In this document: piece by piece, positions 27,201-39,924 of the stretch
Layout of the letters: each line of letters opens with the position of its first letter
Numbering within the stretch: position 1 is the first letter of the stretch
From: Pecten maximus
Taxonomy: Eukaryota
Reading direction: 5' to 3'
DNA length: 64,000 bases
NCBI RefSeq assembly: GCF_902652985.1
Contig: NC_047020.1
Span: 8,928,001-8,992,000 of the forward strand
The notes under the pieces: generated by a model
What the model saw: only the letters and a program-made list of their open reading frames with translations
What the model was told of the DNA's origin: nothing
Database searches by the model: none
Translations under genes and position numbers: made by a program

Positions 27201-29130
27201 GTGTGAGGTGGTACTAGTGTTTGTGGTGTGAGGTGGTACTAGTGTTTGTGGTGTGAGGAGGTACTAGTATTTGTGGTGTGAGGTGGTACTAGTGTTTGTG
27301 GTGTGAGGTGGTACTAGTGTTTGTACTGTGAGGTGGTACTAGTGTCTGTGGTGTGAGGTGGTACTAATGTTTGTGGTGTGAGGTGGTACTATTGTCTGTA
27401 CTGTGAGGTGGTACTAGTGCTTGTGTTGTGAGGTGGTACTAAGTGTCTGTACTGTGAGGTTGTACTAGTGTCTGTGCTGTGAGGTGGTACTAGTGTTTGT
27501 GGTGTGAGGTGGTACTAGTGTTTGTACTGTGAGGTGGTACTAGTGTTTGTACTGTGAGGTGGTACTAGTGTCTGTGGTGTGAGGTGGTACTAGTGTCTGT
27601 GGTGTGAGGTGTTACTAATGTTTGTGGTGTGAGGTGGTACTAGTGTTTGTACTGTGAGGTGGTACTAGTGTTTGTGGTGTGAGGTGGTACTAGTGTTTGT
27701 GGTGTGAGGTGGTACTAGTGTTTGTGGTGTGAGGTGGTACTAGTGTTTGTACTGTGAGGTGGTACTAGTGTCTGTGGTGTGAGGTGTTACTAGTGTTTGT
27801 GGTGTGAGGTGGTACTAGTGTTTGTGGTGTGAGGTGGTACTAGTGTTTGTGGTGTGAGGTGGTACTAGTGTTTGTGGTGTGAGGTGGTACTAGTGTTTGT
27901 ACTGTGAGGTGGTACTAGTGTTTGTGGTGTGAGGTGGTACTAGTGTTTGTGGTGTGAAGTGGTACTAGTGTTTGTACTGTGAGGTGGTACTATAGTGTAT
28001 GTGGTGCGAGGTGGTACTAGTGTTTGTGGTGTGAGGCAGTACTAGTGTCTGTACTGTGAGGTGGTACTAGTATTTGTTCTGTGAGGTGGTACTAGTGTCT
28101 GTACTGTGAGGTGGTACTAGTGTTTGTACTGTGAGGTGGTACTAGTATTTGTTCTGTGAGGTGGTACTAAGTGTTTGTACTGTGAGGTGGTACTAGTGTT
28201 TGTTCTGTGAGGTGGTACTAGTGTCTGTACTGTGAGGTGGTACTAGTGTTTGTGGTGTGAGGTGGTACTAGTGTTTGTTCTGTGAGGTGGTACTAGTGTC
28301 TGTACTGTGAGGTGGTACTAAGTGTTTGTGGTGTGAGGTGGTACTAAGTGTTTGTGATGTGAGGTGGTACTGGTGTTTGTGGTGTGAGGTGGTACTAAGT
28401 GTTTGTGGTGTGAGGTGGTACTAGTGTCTGTACTGTGAGGTGGTACTGGTGTTTGTGGTGTGAGGTGGTACTAAGTGTTTGTGGTGTGAGGTGGTACTAG
28501 TGTTTGTGGTGTGAGGTGGTACTAGTATTTGTGGTGTGAGGTGGTACTAGTGTTTGTGGTGTGAGGTGGTACTAGTATTTGTGGTGTGAGGTGGTACTAA
28601 GTGTTTGTGATGTGAGGTGGTACTAGTTTTTGTGGTGTGAGGTGGTACTAAGTGTTTGTGATGTGAGGTGGTACTGGTGTTTGAGGTGTGAGGTGGTACT
28701 AGTGTTTGTGGTGTGAGGTGGTACTAGTGTTTGTGGTGTGAGGTGGTACTAGTGTTTGTGGTGTGAGGTGGTACTAGTGTTTGTGGTGTGAGGTGGTACT
28801 AAGTGTTTGTACTGTGAGGTGGTACTAGTGTTTGTACTGTGAGGTGGTACTAGTGTTTGTACTGTGAGGTGGTACTAGTGTTTGTACTGTGAGGTGGTAC
28901 TAGTGTTTGTACTGTGAGGTGGTACTACTGTTTGTGCTGTGAGGTGGTACTAGTTTTTGTGCTGTGAGGTGGTACTAGTTTTTGTGTTGTGAGGTGGTAC
29001 TAGTTTTTGTACTGTGAGGTGGTACTAGTGTTTGTACTGTGAGGTGGTACTAGTGTTTGTGCTGTGAGGTGACACTAAGTCTTAGTGTTGTGAGGTGGTA
29101 CTAGTTTTTGTGCTATGAGGTGACACTATT
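24205..29130. repeat. ~4.9-kb 25-bp GT-rich satellite (about 190 copies) with higher-order blocks
   Basis: Unit tgtgaggtggtactagtgtttgtgg; an identical interruption cacaaatttaagtgtacatctttgttgtatgtac occurs at 24253, 24623, 25495 and 26641. Confidence 0.98.
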
Positions 29131-30548
29131 GTGTCAGAATTTAAGCCAGGTTTTGATCAGGTGGCACTAGCTCCAACAACCTAAGTGGAGTGTCTTTGCT
29201 CTAACAGAGGTGGCCCTTAACCATTAAATATGGCACATTTAAAAGTTTTGCCATCTTGTATAGAACAAATAGATATGTATTATATTGATCAATATATTTC
29301 ATATTGTTTGGGCTAATGAATTTTAATTAGGTCTACGTCTGATTGAATGTTATTTTTCAATATAAAAGGTAGATATAGGGTGTTATATCAAATGTCTAAT
29401 AATAATTAAACATTTTTACACATTGTATAGTTTTCAACACATAAATTGTTATCAATTGGCCTTCCATCTGAGCGAGCTAACCATGGTTAAGTTCTCTAGG
29501 CTATTGTGGAAGATTCCCATGGCATATTGTTTCATATTTTGCATTATAGATGTCGATCTAATAACAAACTCAAGTCAGAAGTTGATTTAGAACTATTTAA
29601 TTAACAAAGGTACTCATTGTTGACTTGCCACAGGTAATTGTTACATCCTCACTCAATCATATAATTTCTTGCAGACAAAATTAGTAAATATTACAGAATT
29701 AAAACATCTGTCATAACTAATGATATTACAATAACTATATTAATAAATACCAACAATCCATTTTAAAATATAATATCATATTACTACTTAATATGTGTAA
29801 ATTAACAGAGATGTGATATCTAGGAAAACGCTCTATATGCTTTCCAAGATACAAATATATATTATTCATCCTTGCAGTATAACATTGGTATGTGAAATGG
29901 TCAGTATACACACTTAGAACACAAATGGTATACAAATTAATATCATCATCCAGGACAAATATAAGTAATAAATCTCTATCCATTGTTCAGTACAATACGC
30001 AATAATTCTGTCATCGTTCAGTACAATAATGGAGTTCCTCTTGGGTTAAATGATCACAATGAGAAATTTTAATGTCAGTGTGTGAAAGTGGTACATTTGT
30101 ACTTGAATTTGTGAAAACTAGCTGGAATCTGAATGTTTGGAAGTCAGTATTTGTATCTGAGGGAGAAACCTGTCTGAATTTTGAAAAGATGACTTTTCCA
30201 GGGTTGAACCTCCCAACTGAGCTATATCATGTCCACACATATAAATCATATTTTACATTAATTTGTCTGTGTTTGTGGCATTGACTTTGACTGTGTTGAA
30301 TTAAGCACGTTTAAAGTATATCATTGAACTGCATTCCAAAACTTGCACAAGATTTTCACTTCAAACAGGGATATCAGTTTTCTTGGGTTTTAGATCACTC
30401 TAAATTTTGCTGATTATCTTCATTTTTTCCGGTTGTCATTGAAATTTTTCAAAAGTATCTTGTGGAAATATTTGTTATCCCTGAGAAAAGAAATAAAAAG
30501 TCAAATTACGGATTGCAAGAAATACATACATGTTCAAATTATTGGACT

Positions 30549-31353
30549 ACAGTGATAATGAGATACACTAGGATTAATGAGATACACTAGGATTAATGAG
30601 ATACATTACTGTGTGTCCACGAAGGAGAGAAACAAGATAAATAACAGTGATAATGAGATACACTAGGATTAATGAGATACACTAGGATTAATGAGATACA
30701 TTACTGTGTGTCCACGAAGGAGAGAAACAAGATAACTAACAGTGATAATGAGATACACTAGGATTAATGAGATACATTACTGTGTGTCCACGAAGGAGAG
30801 AAACAAGATAACTAACAGTGATAATGAGATACACTAGGATTAATGAGATACATTACTGTGTGTCCACGAAGGAGAGAAACAAGATAACTAACAGTGATAA
30901 TGAGATACACTAGGATTAATGAGATACATTACTGTGTGTCCGCGAAGGAGAGAAACAAGAAAACTAACAGTGATAATGAGATACACTAGGATTAATGAGA
31001 TACATTACTGTGTGTCCGCGAAGGAGAGAAACAAGATAACTAACAGTGATAATGAGATACACTAGGATTAATGAGATACATTACTGTGTGTCCGCGAAGG
31101 AGAGAAACATGATAACTAACAGTGATAATGAGATACACTAGGATTAATGAGATACATTACTGTGTGTCCGCGAAGGAGAGAAACAAGATAACTAACAGTG
31201 ATAATGAGATACACTAGGATTAATGAGATACATTACTGTGTGTCCGCGAAGGAGAGAAACAAGATAACTAACAGTGATAATGAGATACACTAGGGTTAAT
31301 GAGATACATTAATGTGTGTCCGCGAAGGAGAGAAACAAGATAACTAACAGTGA
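30549..31353. repeat. 76-bp minisatellite (about 10 copies) with an internal 19-bp sub-repeat
   Basis: Unit agtgataatgagatacactaggattaatgagatacattactgtgtgtccacgaaggagagaaacaagataactaac. Confidence 0.95.
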
Positions 31354-31620
31354 GACTAAAATTCCACCGCAATAGCAGCAATCAGACCAATGTCTGTAAA
31401 ATAATTAGCACTTAAATACAAATCACAGAAGCACACTCGTTAAATATTTAGTAATGTATAAAGCCAATCAAAGTTTATCATACATGTATGGTCAGTGAAC
31501 CAATGTAGGACTTGTCAGTGGTACTGACGATCACAGCTATGAAATGTATAACTTATAACATGTTATAAAAGTATAACTCACATGTTCCAAACTCACATGT
31601 TCCACACTACACAGAAATCA

Positions 31621-32305
31621 AACAGGTAAACACATGTCTATCGCTGTACTGTATAACAGGTAAACACCTGTCTATCGCTGTACTGTATAACAGGTAAACA
31701 CCTGTCTATCGCTGTACTGTATAACAGGTAAACACATGTCTATCGCTGTACTGTATAACAGGTAAACACATGTCTATCGCTGTACTGTATTACAGGTAAA
31801 CACCTGTCTATCGCTGTACTGTATAACAGGTAAACACATGTCTATCGCTGTACTGTATAACAGGTAAACACATGTCTATCGCTGTACTGTATAACAGGTA
31901 AACACATGTCTATCGCTGTACTGTATAACAGGTAAACACCTGTCTATCGCTGTACTGTATAACAGGTAAACACATGTCTATCGCTGTACTGTATAACAGG
32001 TAAACACATGTCTATCGCTGTACTGTATAACAGGTAAACACATGTCTATCGCTGTACTGTATAACAGGTAAACACATGTCTATCGCTGTACTGTATAACA
32101 GGTAAACACATGTCTATCGCTGTACTGTATAACAGGTAAACACATGTCTATCGCTGTACTGTATAACAGGTAAACACCTGTCTATCGCTGTACTGTATTA
32201 ACAGGTAAACACATGTCTATCGCTGTACTGTATAACAGGTAAACACATGTCTATCGCTGTACTGTATAACAGGTAAACACATGTCTATCGCTGTACTGTA
32301 TAACA
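31621..32305. repeat. 34-bp minisatellite (about 20 copies)
   Basis: Unit aacaggtaaacacatgtctatcgctgtactgtat. Confidence 0.97.
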
Positions 32306-33639
32306 TGAAATCGGGTTGTGTCTTCTTTCTTTCCTGGTTTGGTGCTTTCAAATTATTTCATGGGTACAAACTTTCAGGGTTAGCCCATGCAACAATAATA
32401 ATACATACAACAATATTAGTTGTATTTATATACTGTATATATTTGTGGTAACATAGCAACCACGAAAATAATGAAATTTATACACAACAGATGTTTTATG
32501 TTATAAAGTATTATGTAAATACAACAAAGAAAGTATTTTACACCAGGCAAGAACTTATACCATGTTATGTTCAGCTATAAGTTGTGCTCAACACAACTTT
32601 AACTAAACTTGCTTAAATTATGAAATTGCAGTTTAAAAGAAGAACATTGAATATAATATCTCCCTGTAAGTCTTTCCAAAATAATTCGGATATCAAATTC
32701 TATCACAAAAACTATTTGAGCCTGAGCATAAAATGTGTATAACGAGTATGAGTACATGTAAATGTTTTTACCATTTGGCTACAAGTTATATGTTATATAA
32801 TACCACACAATAACATGTAAACAAACACAATATAATAAATACTTAAAGAACATGCATCCACATAAAAACAACAATATAAACACTGTATAGCTATAGGCAA
32901 GCTTGCGACAAGGAATACACATGTCAAATATATTGTGGCCAAGGTTAATTTTTTTTTAAAAGTAGGTCAAAGGCCATGGTCAAGGTCAGTGATTCAACAA
33001 ATATAGTAGAAAATTTTACTAGAAATACCTCAGCTGTATCCTCATTAGTATTGACACAACACTGTTTAAAAAAAACTTTAACCTAGCTGTCTATGGATGC
33101 CAGATGTATAGCAATATTTCTTCTGAACTTCAAAACTAAAAAGGATTTCAGTTAAAAATAGTAAACTGTATATTTGATTAGCAACTCTAATTAACAATCT
33201 GAAACTGCAAGGTCAACTGTTCATTCAAACTTTCTGTAAGTCTTCCATCCCATGAGCTCATACATCTGCAAGTGGGAAGTATTCCCGATTTCAAGTCAAT
33301 ATTATTAAATTTGGATTCGGCAAAATTGTTTAACCTTAAATCCATAATAAAGTTGAATGCCCACTACAATGTCAAATACCATTTAAAATCTAAACATTTG
33401 ACAGATGTGACACATACTGTACATATTTGGTAGCTGTGGACAATGAGGTAGATGAGGAATTTTTAATTAATCACATGTACAATATGTTTTTTAAACATTT
33501 GGCTTGTCTTGTTATACCCATTTCCTGTTCTATAATGGATGGAAGATATACTGTGTTGAGAAACCCTTATAAAAATAAAACAACAAGCTAAAAGATCAGA
33601 AAGGTTAATATTGTAAAACAATGTTAAAGAAATAGTACT

Positions 33640-35085
33640 TCATATTGGTTTCCAACTGTATCCCAAGGCTTCGGACACTTTGTCCTGCATTTCTTGTTTC
33701 CGCTGCGAGTCGGGGTGTACTAGCTGATGAAACCTTGCAATACCCACAAGATAATACTGTCCATCTTCACCAGGGGCAATAACTCTGTCATCATCCTCAT
33801 CGTATGACAGTGCATCTTGGACTGTTATACAGCTATTGGGAATAACAAATTCATTCCAACAAGTACCACGGAGTTGAGCCAGTTTTTCAACTGATTCACA
33901 GCCAAGAGATCCATAGTATACAAAATGATTCAGATTTGGAGATCTCATAGCAAGGGAGACAAGTTCATTTTCTTTGCATGATGGATCACAGTAGCATGCA
34001 AACTTCTTCAAACTTCTGTAGTACATATCATTCAAGGAAGTTATAATTTGGGAATCACATTTTGAAAATTTCATGAATGTGATTGCAGTGAGTGGACAAT
34101 CTGTTTTCAACATGGATGCTAATTCTAGATGAGGAGTTCTGGCCAATAGTGTGCATTCCATCTCCACCTCTGGGTTAGCCAGCACAAACTGTTTCCAATG
34201 TGAGGAAGCAATTTCTGGTATTTTGAAGTTTTCATTTTGTGGACAGAAGTGCACAAAAACCTGTAGAAGTTTCAGCTTAGAGCGCCCTGGCTTAGACAGT
34301 TCTAGTATGATATCTTTATCCAGCATTGGTGATCGTAAGCTCAGCTGTTTCAGGTGCTGAAAATTGCATATAAGTGGTAGCATTGACTCAGGGGAGGGAA
34401 GGATCGGCATTCTCTCAGACCATTCTGTAGCCTTGCACCAGAAAAGACTGAGAGTTTTCAGGTCTTTCAATTTTGGGTTTTTGAGAATTACTTCAAAGAT
34501 GTTCAAATCTTGGTTTGATAGGCTGTGCGGATACATTGGCCATGATTTGATGTGGAAATGCTTTAATCGAACAGCATGTTGAATAAAGGACAACAATGCT
34601 GTGATATCTTTTACTAATGGCTGGTATCCGTCAATGTGGTAATAGGAGGTCAACCTTCCTATCTCCAAGGTCAAGCTCTCCAGACGACACTGCTTACTAA
34701 GCTCCTGCATGATACTGATCCACTCCTCTGGGAATTGGTTTAGATATTCAGTTACAGTTAGAGTAAGCTTTTTGAAAAATTTACCAAACCTGTTGATAAG
34801 TTTGATATATTTATGAGGAATAAAAATCCTAGATCTGATGGCATGGGAATAATTGTCAGTACATCCAAACAGGTGGATCTTCATAGTGTGCCACAAGCTT
34901 GGGTGATTGAAAATTTCGTACAAGGCTTGGCATGTTTGGGACACTACATATTGTTGGTGGAGGGGGAGATAACTCATTACTTCCACCCAAACAACCTCTG
35001 GAAGTTGACTGAAATCTGGACCCTGAGTCCTGGCATTCCTCATTGTCAGCAGTGGACTGGGTTCCTTCCCTTTCAACTGTATCAT
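33640..35085 (-). CDS. F-box / leucine-rich-repeat protein (FBXO39/FBXO33-like), single coding exon; the true start may be ATG 35182 via a 1-nt frame difference
   Basis: 481-aa ORF with F-box motif FSQLPEVVWVEVMSYLPLHQQYVVSQTCQALYEIFNHPSLW followed by degenerate LRR segments (FKKLTLTV, RLESLTLEI, RLKHFHIK, DLKTLSLF, HLKQLSLR, KLKLLQVF). Splice acceptor TTCCAG|G at 35210/35209. Confidence 0.9.
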   Translation of the reverse strand: MIQLKGKEPSPLLTMRNARTQGPDFSQLPEVVWVEVMSYLPLHQQYVVSQTCQALYEIFNHPSLWHTMKIHLFGCTDNYSHAIRSRIFIPHKYIKLINRFGKFFKKLTLTVTEYLNQFPEEWISIMQELSKQCRLESLTLEIGRLTSYYHIDGYQPLVKDITALLSFIQHAVRLKHFHIKSWPMYPHSLSNQDLNIFEVILKNPKLKDLKTLSLFWCKATEWSERMPILPSPESMLPLICNFQHLKQLSLRSPMLDKDIILELSKPGRSKLKLLQVFVHFCPQNENFKIPEIASSHWKQFVLANPEVEMECTLLARTPHLELASMLKTDCPLTAITFMKFSKCDSQIITSLNDMYYRSLKKFACYCDPSCKENELVSLAMRSPNLNHFVYYGSLGCESVEKLAQLRGTCWNEFVIPNSCITVQDALSYDEDDDRVIAPGEDGQYYLVGIARFHQLVHPDSQRKQEMQDKVSEALGYSWKPI

Positions 35086-35684
35086 TGGTTTTCATAGCAC
35101 AGTAGCCATCTTCTTCAGTTTCTGATTTGTCTTCACAGTTTGGAGGATGGACTCCAGAAACTTCATCTGATTCTCTTTCCATTTCTCAAGGAAGCTGTTT
35201 GTGTCACACCTGGAATTAAAATAAGAATTATAAACTTAAAATTTTAAAATTATATTTATCAAATTACGATTATTATTTATCTGAGGACTGCAAAACAAGT
35301 AACATCAACTTATACTTAGCATAAATGTTGGCCTGAATAGAGCTAGTACATTATAAACAAGGGTCTTACTGTGGGGGGAAACCAGCAGAAAACCAATATG
35401 GTCAGGCAGATGACCCCATACCTTTTCACGTTTGATTAAGAAATCATATCCAAGTTGCCTGGATGAAATTGTACTGGCAAAGTGCCACCTTGCCACCCAA
35501 GTTGTCAAGAGATTTTTTTTTCTATGAAGTATGAACAATTTCTTTACTAAAATGATGAACACATGTAAAAATTATGAAATCTGCGAAATAGTTTTATTGG
35601 CTTTTTCAAAAAATATATGGAACATTTTGTGAGAATTTAGATCAAGTGTTACAAATGAATCTCACAAATTAAAATGTACAGATA

Positions 35685-36002
35685 AACAAGGACGGATAGC
35701 AACAGCAATACAAAGTCCCCTGCCTGAGCTAGAAGTGCATCTATTCATTTCCCATCTTTTTTTGAAAAATGGTTTTTCGAAAAAAAAACAAATGTGGGAT
35801 GCGCAACTACATGTTATGCTGATCATGTATACCAAGTTTCGTTAAGATCGGAGAAGTACTTTAGGAGGAGTTGTCCGGACAACTATTGCGTGATAGACAG
35901 ACAGACAGACAGACGGACGGACGGACGGACGGACGGACGGACGGACGGACGGACGGAGGGTAAACCTATAGTCCCCCCGTTTTTCAAACGGCAGGGGACT
36001 AA
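35685..36002 (-). mobile_element. Non-autonomous Helentron/HINE-like element (second family) with (GACA)n(GACG)n tract
   Basis: Subterminal inverted repeats agtcccctgcc (about 35714) and ggcaggggact (about 35990), terminal hairpin agtcccccc..ggggact, GTCY microsatellite, and an aacaag end shared with the other HINE family. Confidence 0.75.
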
Positions 36003-36417
36003 TAAAATATTGGAACTATATAACACTATCATTTGCATTTTAGTCAGAATATCCTCTGACAAGTTCTATCAGTTAAAATTATAGTAACAAAAAACAAATG
36101 CTTCATAGTAAATTGTTTCCTCATTCCACTCTCACATGAAAAATGCTTTATCGACATTTCCTGGGTTTAACAGTGATGCTTTTGGCACCATAGGCTGTGA
36201 GAACATTTACCCAATGACCATGCATGCTTTTAAATTTGACAAAGCTGCAGAATTTATTACATAAAGTTTAAATTACACTGTACCTACTCCAATACAACAC
36301 TTTTATATAACATCTCTTGTGAGGACTTGTATGTATGCTATTGCAGATTCCTTTCCAAAGTCCTCACCCTCTGAGACTATATCATTTATGTAGAATCTTG
36401 TCACTAATGTCTAACTA

Positions 36418-38514
36418 CAGTTGGGTGTAAGCTAACCTTTACACCTAGTGCACTAGATTAAACTAGTAGTGCACTACACCCTAAGAGGTGATGAACAGCA
36501 AAACCCCCATACAGGTAATGGGCAGTACCCAAGGCTACCTGTGATTTTTACCTGTACTGTGCTATCTAGCAGTTATATTCCAAGAGTTATTAAAAAGGTT
36601 TTGGAAGTTTAGTTTGATGTTATATTTCAACCTTTCTATTCTTGTTAATTATACACTGTAACTAAGTTAAGACAGAATTACTTTATAAATCCTTTACTAA
36701 GTTAAATGTACAAGCCTTATAGTTTTATTTGTCTTGGGTACTTTATATTTTGTATTGATTAATCAGTTATATATTTCACATGTTTAATTCCTGTAATTTT
36801 GTTTTCATCACATGAAAGTATATTAAAACTTTTGAAAACAATTATCGTTACTTTAACATTTTCAATTTGATACATTTAATTTATATTGTAGTTTAATATC
36901 AGATTAAATTAGGCGGCCTATTCATAATTTCATTTTTGATGTGATATTATGCTTATTAATTTACATAATTTACAGAATTTACATAAAATACATATACTTG
37001 CACACTTGTGGAGGGGGAGGTCAACATCTTTAAGCTTATATAACACACATACATGTTCATGTATCTGGAGCTGTACCTGTCATACAACACTTGTATTTGT
37101 AATTTCATAATTTTCTTCTATAAAGTTACCTGCTAACAAATATATTATATACACAAGTGGATCATGTGGACCTTAAGCCAAAGGTGTTTTTTTTACAGTT
37201 CATGCTAACATGTTTTTTTTTGCAATATTGTTTAAAAACAAAGTTTTAAGATACATTTTGATCAGCATTTAAGTGTTTCCCTATTGCATTAAGAGAATGA
37301 TTAATTGTTCTTTACCTAAAATATAACTGATGGGGATTTTACCTGTTCTTGTAAACCAGCAAAATCAGCATATAAACTATTTTATTGAATATCTTTATTT
37401 TGAAGAAAAATGTATATAAAAATTAATTACCTTTTTGATGATTCCCCCCAAAAAAGCCTATAAATTTTTGAAAAACATCCACAGGTAGATATTATATATG
37501 GGTAGTGTTAGTTGCTAATTACAGGTAGGTAAGGCAGAGGAGCCTGGCACAGCATGCTATAAATGGACCCCTGGGGGGGTAATTGGGGACTTGACAAAAC
37601 TATAGCCAAGTGTTAAAACAGGCACACCTTAAGACTGAACCTCATCTGATACATATATATAGGTAAGGTGTTATGGAGGTCCATAAGGTGGTAGTGAGGT
37701 TGGATTTGGGCCCTGGGGCCCAGGTGGCCATGACAACAGGCATGTCCTGATAGTACCAATTTGTACATACAGGTACATATACATAACTTGTGTAGATATT
37801 ATATGTCTCTTACAGAACATAAATGAAAATATATGAAACTTCTGATTCTTGATTATGTACTATTAAATGATTTCATGGTTGAATTAACAGATATAAGTGA
37901 AATAACAATACATTGAATTGAAAAATATTTTTGTCTGATGAAATAATAAATATAAAAATATATGTACATATACAGTGTAATTGAGAAAAAATCTACAAAC
38001 AGTCATCAAGGCCTAAGGTAGAATTAATCATTAATATAAAATGTATATTAATTACATCTAAAAAATAAATAAATGAAAAGCATCAAAATTTTGAAATCAG
38101 GAAGATAAACCTTAATTTTACACTATAATGAAATCTTTTTAAAAGATAAAAACCCACTACAAATCAACCCACTACAAATCAACCCACTACAAATCTAATT
38201 GACAGAGTTTTAATTCCTCTTGTGCAATATATCATATAAGAACTGCAGCCAATTTTATTTTGAGTTAATATTAGCTAAAATTTTATCAACATTTAGATAT
38301 ACCTGGTAAAGTCAGGATGACAGATATGTACCAGGTAACTACAGGTATCTTAACACAAGTGTCCAGTGGCATTGTCCATTACCTGTATAGGGGGATTTGT
38401 GGTCACACATAGTGGACTACTAGTTTACCTGTAGCTTAAATGTAGTGCACTACTAGTTTAAACGTAGTGCACTAGGAGTGCACTAGGGTGTAAAGGTTAG
38501 CTTACACTCAACTG
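36418..38514. mobile_element. ~2.1-kb non-autonomous TIR DNA transposon (Tc1/mariner-like CAGT ends) in the F-box gene 5' intron
   Basis: Left end cagttgggtgtaagctaacctttacacctagtgcacta..taaactagtagtgcactaca matches the reverse complement of right end tgtagtgcactactagttta...agtgcactagggtgtaaaggttagcttacactcaactg. Flanks are TA and CA. No internal ORF. Confidence 0.8.
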
Positions 38515-39382
38515 CATGCATACTGTACATGTCTTTAGCAGAAAGGGTGAATTTAAAGGCACTAAAGTTACAGGAAAGAATGGAAAAGAAATTGTTAACT
38601 TTGATTTTATGGGGAATCACAGCAGTGTCACCTCCTGAACCTCCCTAGAGTATATGTAGTTACATCTTCACAGTCACACACCACCAGCTCAGACCTTAAT
38701 AACCATATACCAGGTTACAGCATCTGGGATTCGGGTCAGAAATTAGGCTCTTTGAAAAGTGTAACGGACAAATTGTAGCCTCATGAAGTTGAGATCATTG
38801 TCTGTCCTATTTGGTCATGTGTAAAAGCGGGGAGTGTAAGGCTACCTTATCAGTTCAAGCTGATGGGCATTAATTCCTTTTAGCCTATTAGTGGTTTATG
38901 ACATAAAGTAACTTAGAGAATAGGATTTAAGGCCAGTTAAGCTATTCTTTATTACTCTTCCTAATAATGATCAGTTGGATACAAATATGTCATTACTGGA
39001 TCTGATCTACATGTCTACATGTGTACAGTAGATTGATTTATATGACCTGGGTCATTGATGTCCCATGATTTTTCATGGGGTGTAACAAAGGTTTCTGAAA
39101 TGATCAGATATGTTGCAACTGATTGGCTGATATATCAATTTTTAAAAGTGAAAAATGACAGAAACCTTCGGATTAATGAGCGATGGATTTAATAACCCAA
39201 CATTTAACAAACACACAAGTACTGTATTCTATAAAGGCCATTGGCCAACTTATAATTTATACTTGAAAATTACTTGTAACTCCCACCTTATTACACACAT
39301 GCGCCACCCTACCGAAAACAGTTCTTACCAATACCGCTTATACTACAGTAAAAAATCATTTACAGTACCCTAAAATACTTAC

Positions 39383-39924
39383 AGAACAGTAGGCCTACAG
39401 CAGATCTACTAAGTTACACAACTTCCTGGGAGCAGTGATATGCAGAGCTAAGTTTGATGTGGAATGCGCCGAAATTTCGCTCCATGGCACTTCTTTCCTA
39501 TAGTTTCTTCCCTAACATTGATTCAATGAGCCTAAATTCTATATATAAACATCATTTGGCACATGAACTGTCAAATGTAAAAATAGCAACGGTATGCGTC
39601 ATAAAGGTGAAACTGAAAGAAGAATACTAAAATCTTTCAGTGACCCGAAAATCCGGACTATCCGGTTATTCTAATGCAGAATGCAATACATTATTTTATA
39701 GGCATATGGTCATGATAAATACTACTCAGAATTATGAATTTATATCGACCTAATTTTTATAATATAATTTAAAGTGTTTATTTATTCATAATAAATTGTA
39801 ATGTATTTGGTTATTTTTATTTTATTTTGTAATCCGAATTTTATCACGCACGGACGTCGGTTTTTAATTTACATGGACGATCGAAACTTCCGCGCGAAAA
39901 AAAAAGGTTTACAGAAAATAGAAG
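39383..39924. promoter_or_regulatory. Probable bidirectional promoter with non-coding first exons of the F-box gene (-) and MITD1 (+)
   Basis: Minus-strand donor TCT|GTAAGT at 39383/39382 and plus-strand donor AAG|GTAAGT at 39924/39925 point away from each other. CpG is locally retained (cggacgtcgg, ccgcgcgaaa). Both coding exons start with splice acceptors (35210; 40594). Confidence 0.6.

Noticed and set aside
24205-29130. CRISPR-like appearance (short repeat with occasional ~34-bp inserts)
   Set aside because: Monomers are directly adjacent, the inserts are identical to each other, there are no cas genes, and the context is eukaryotic.
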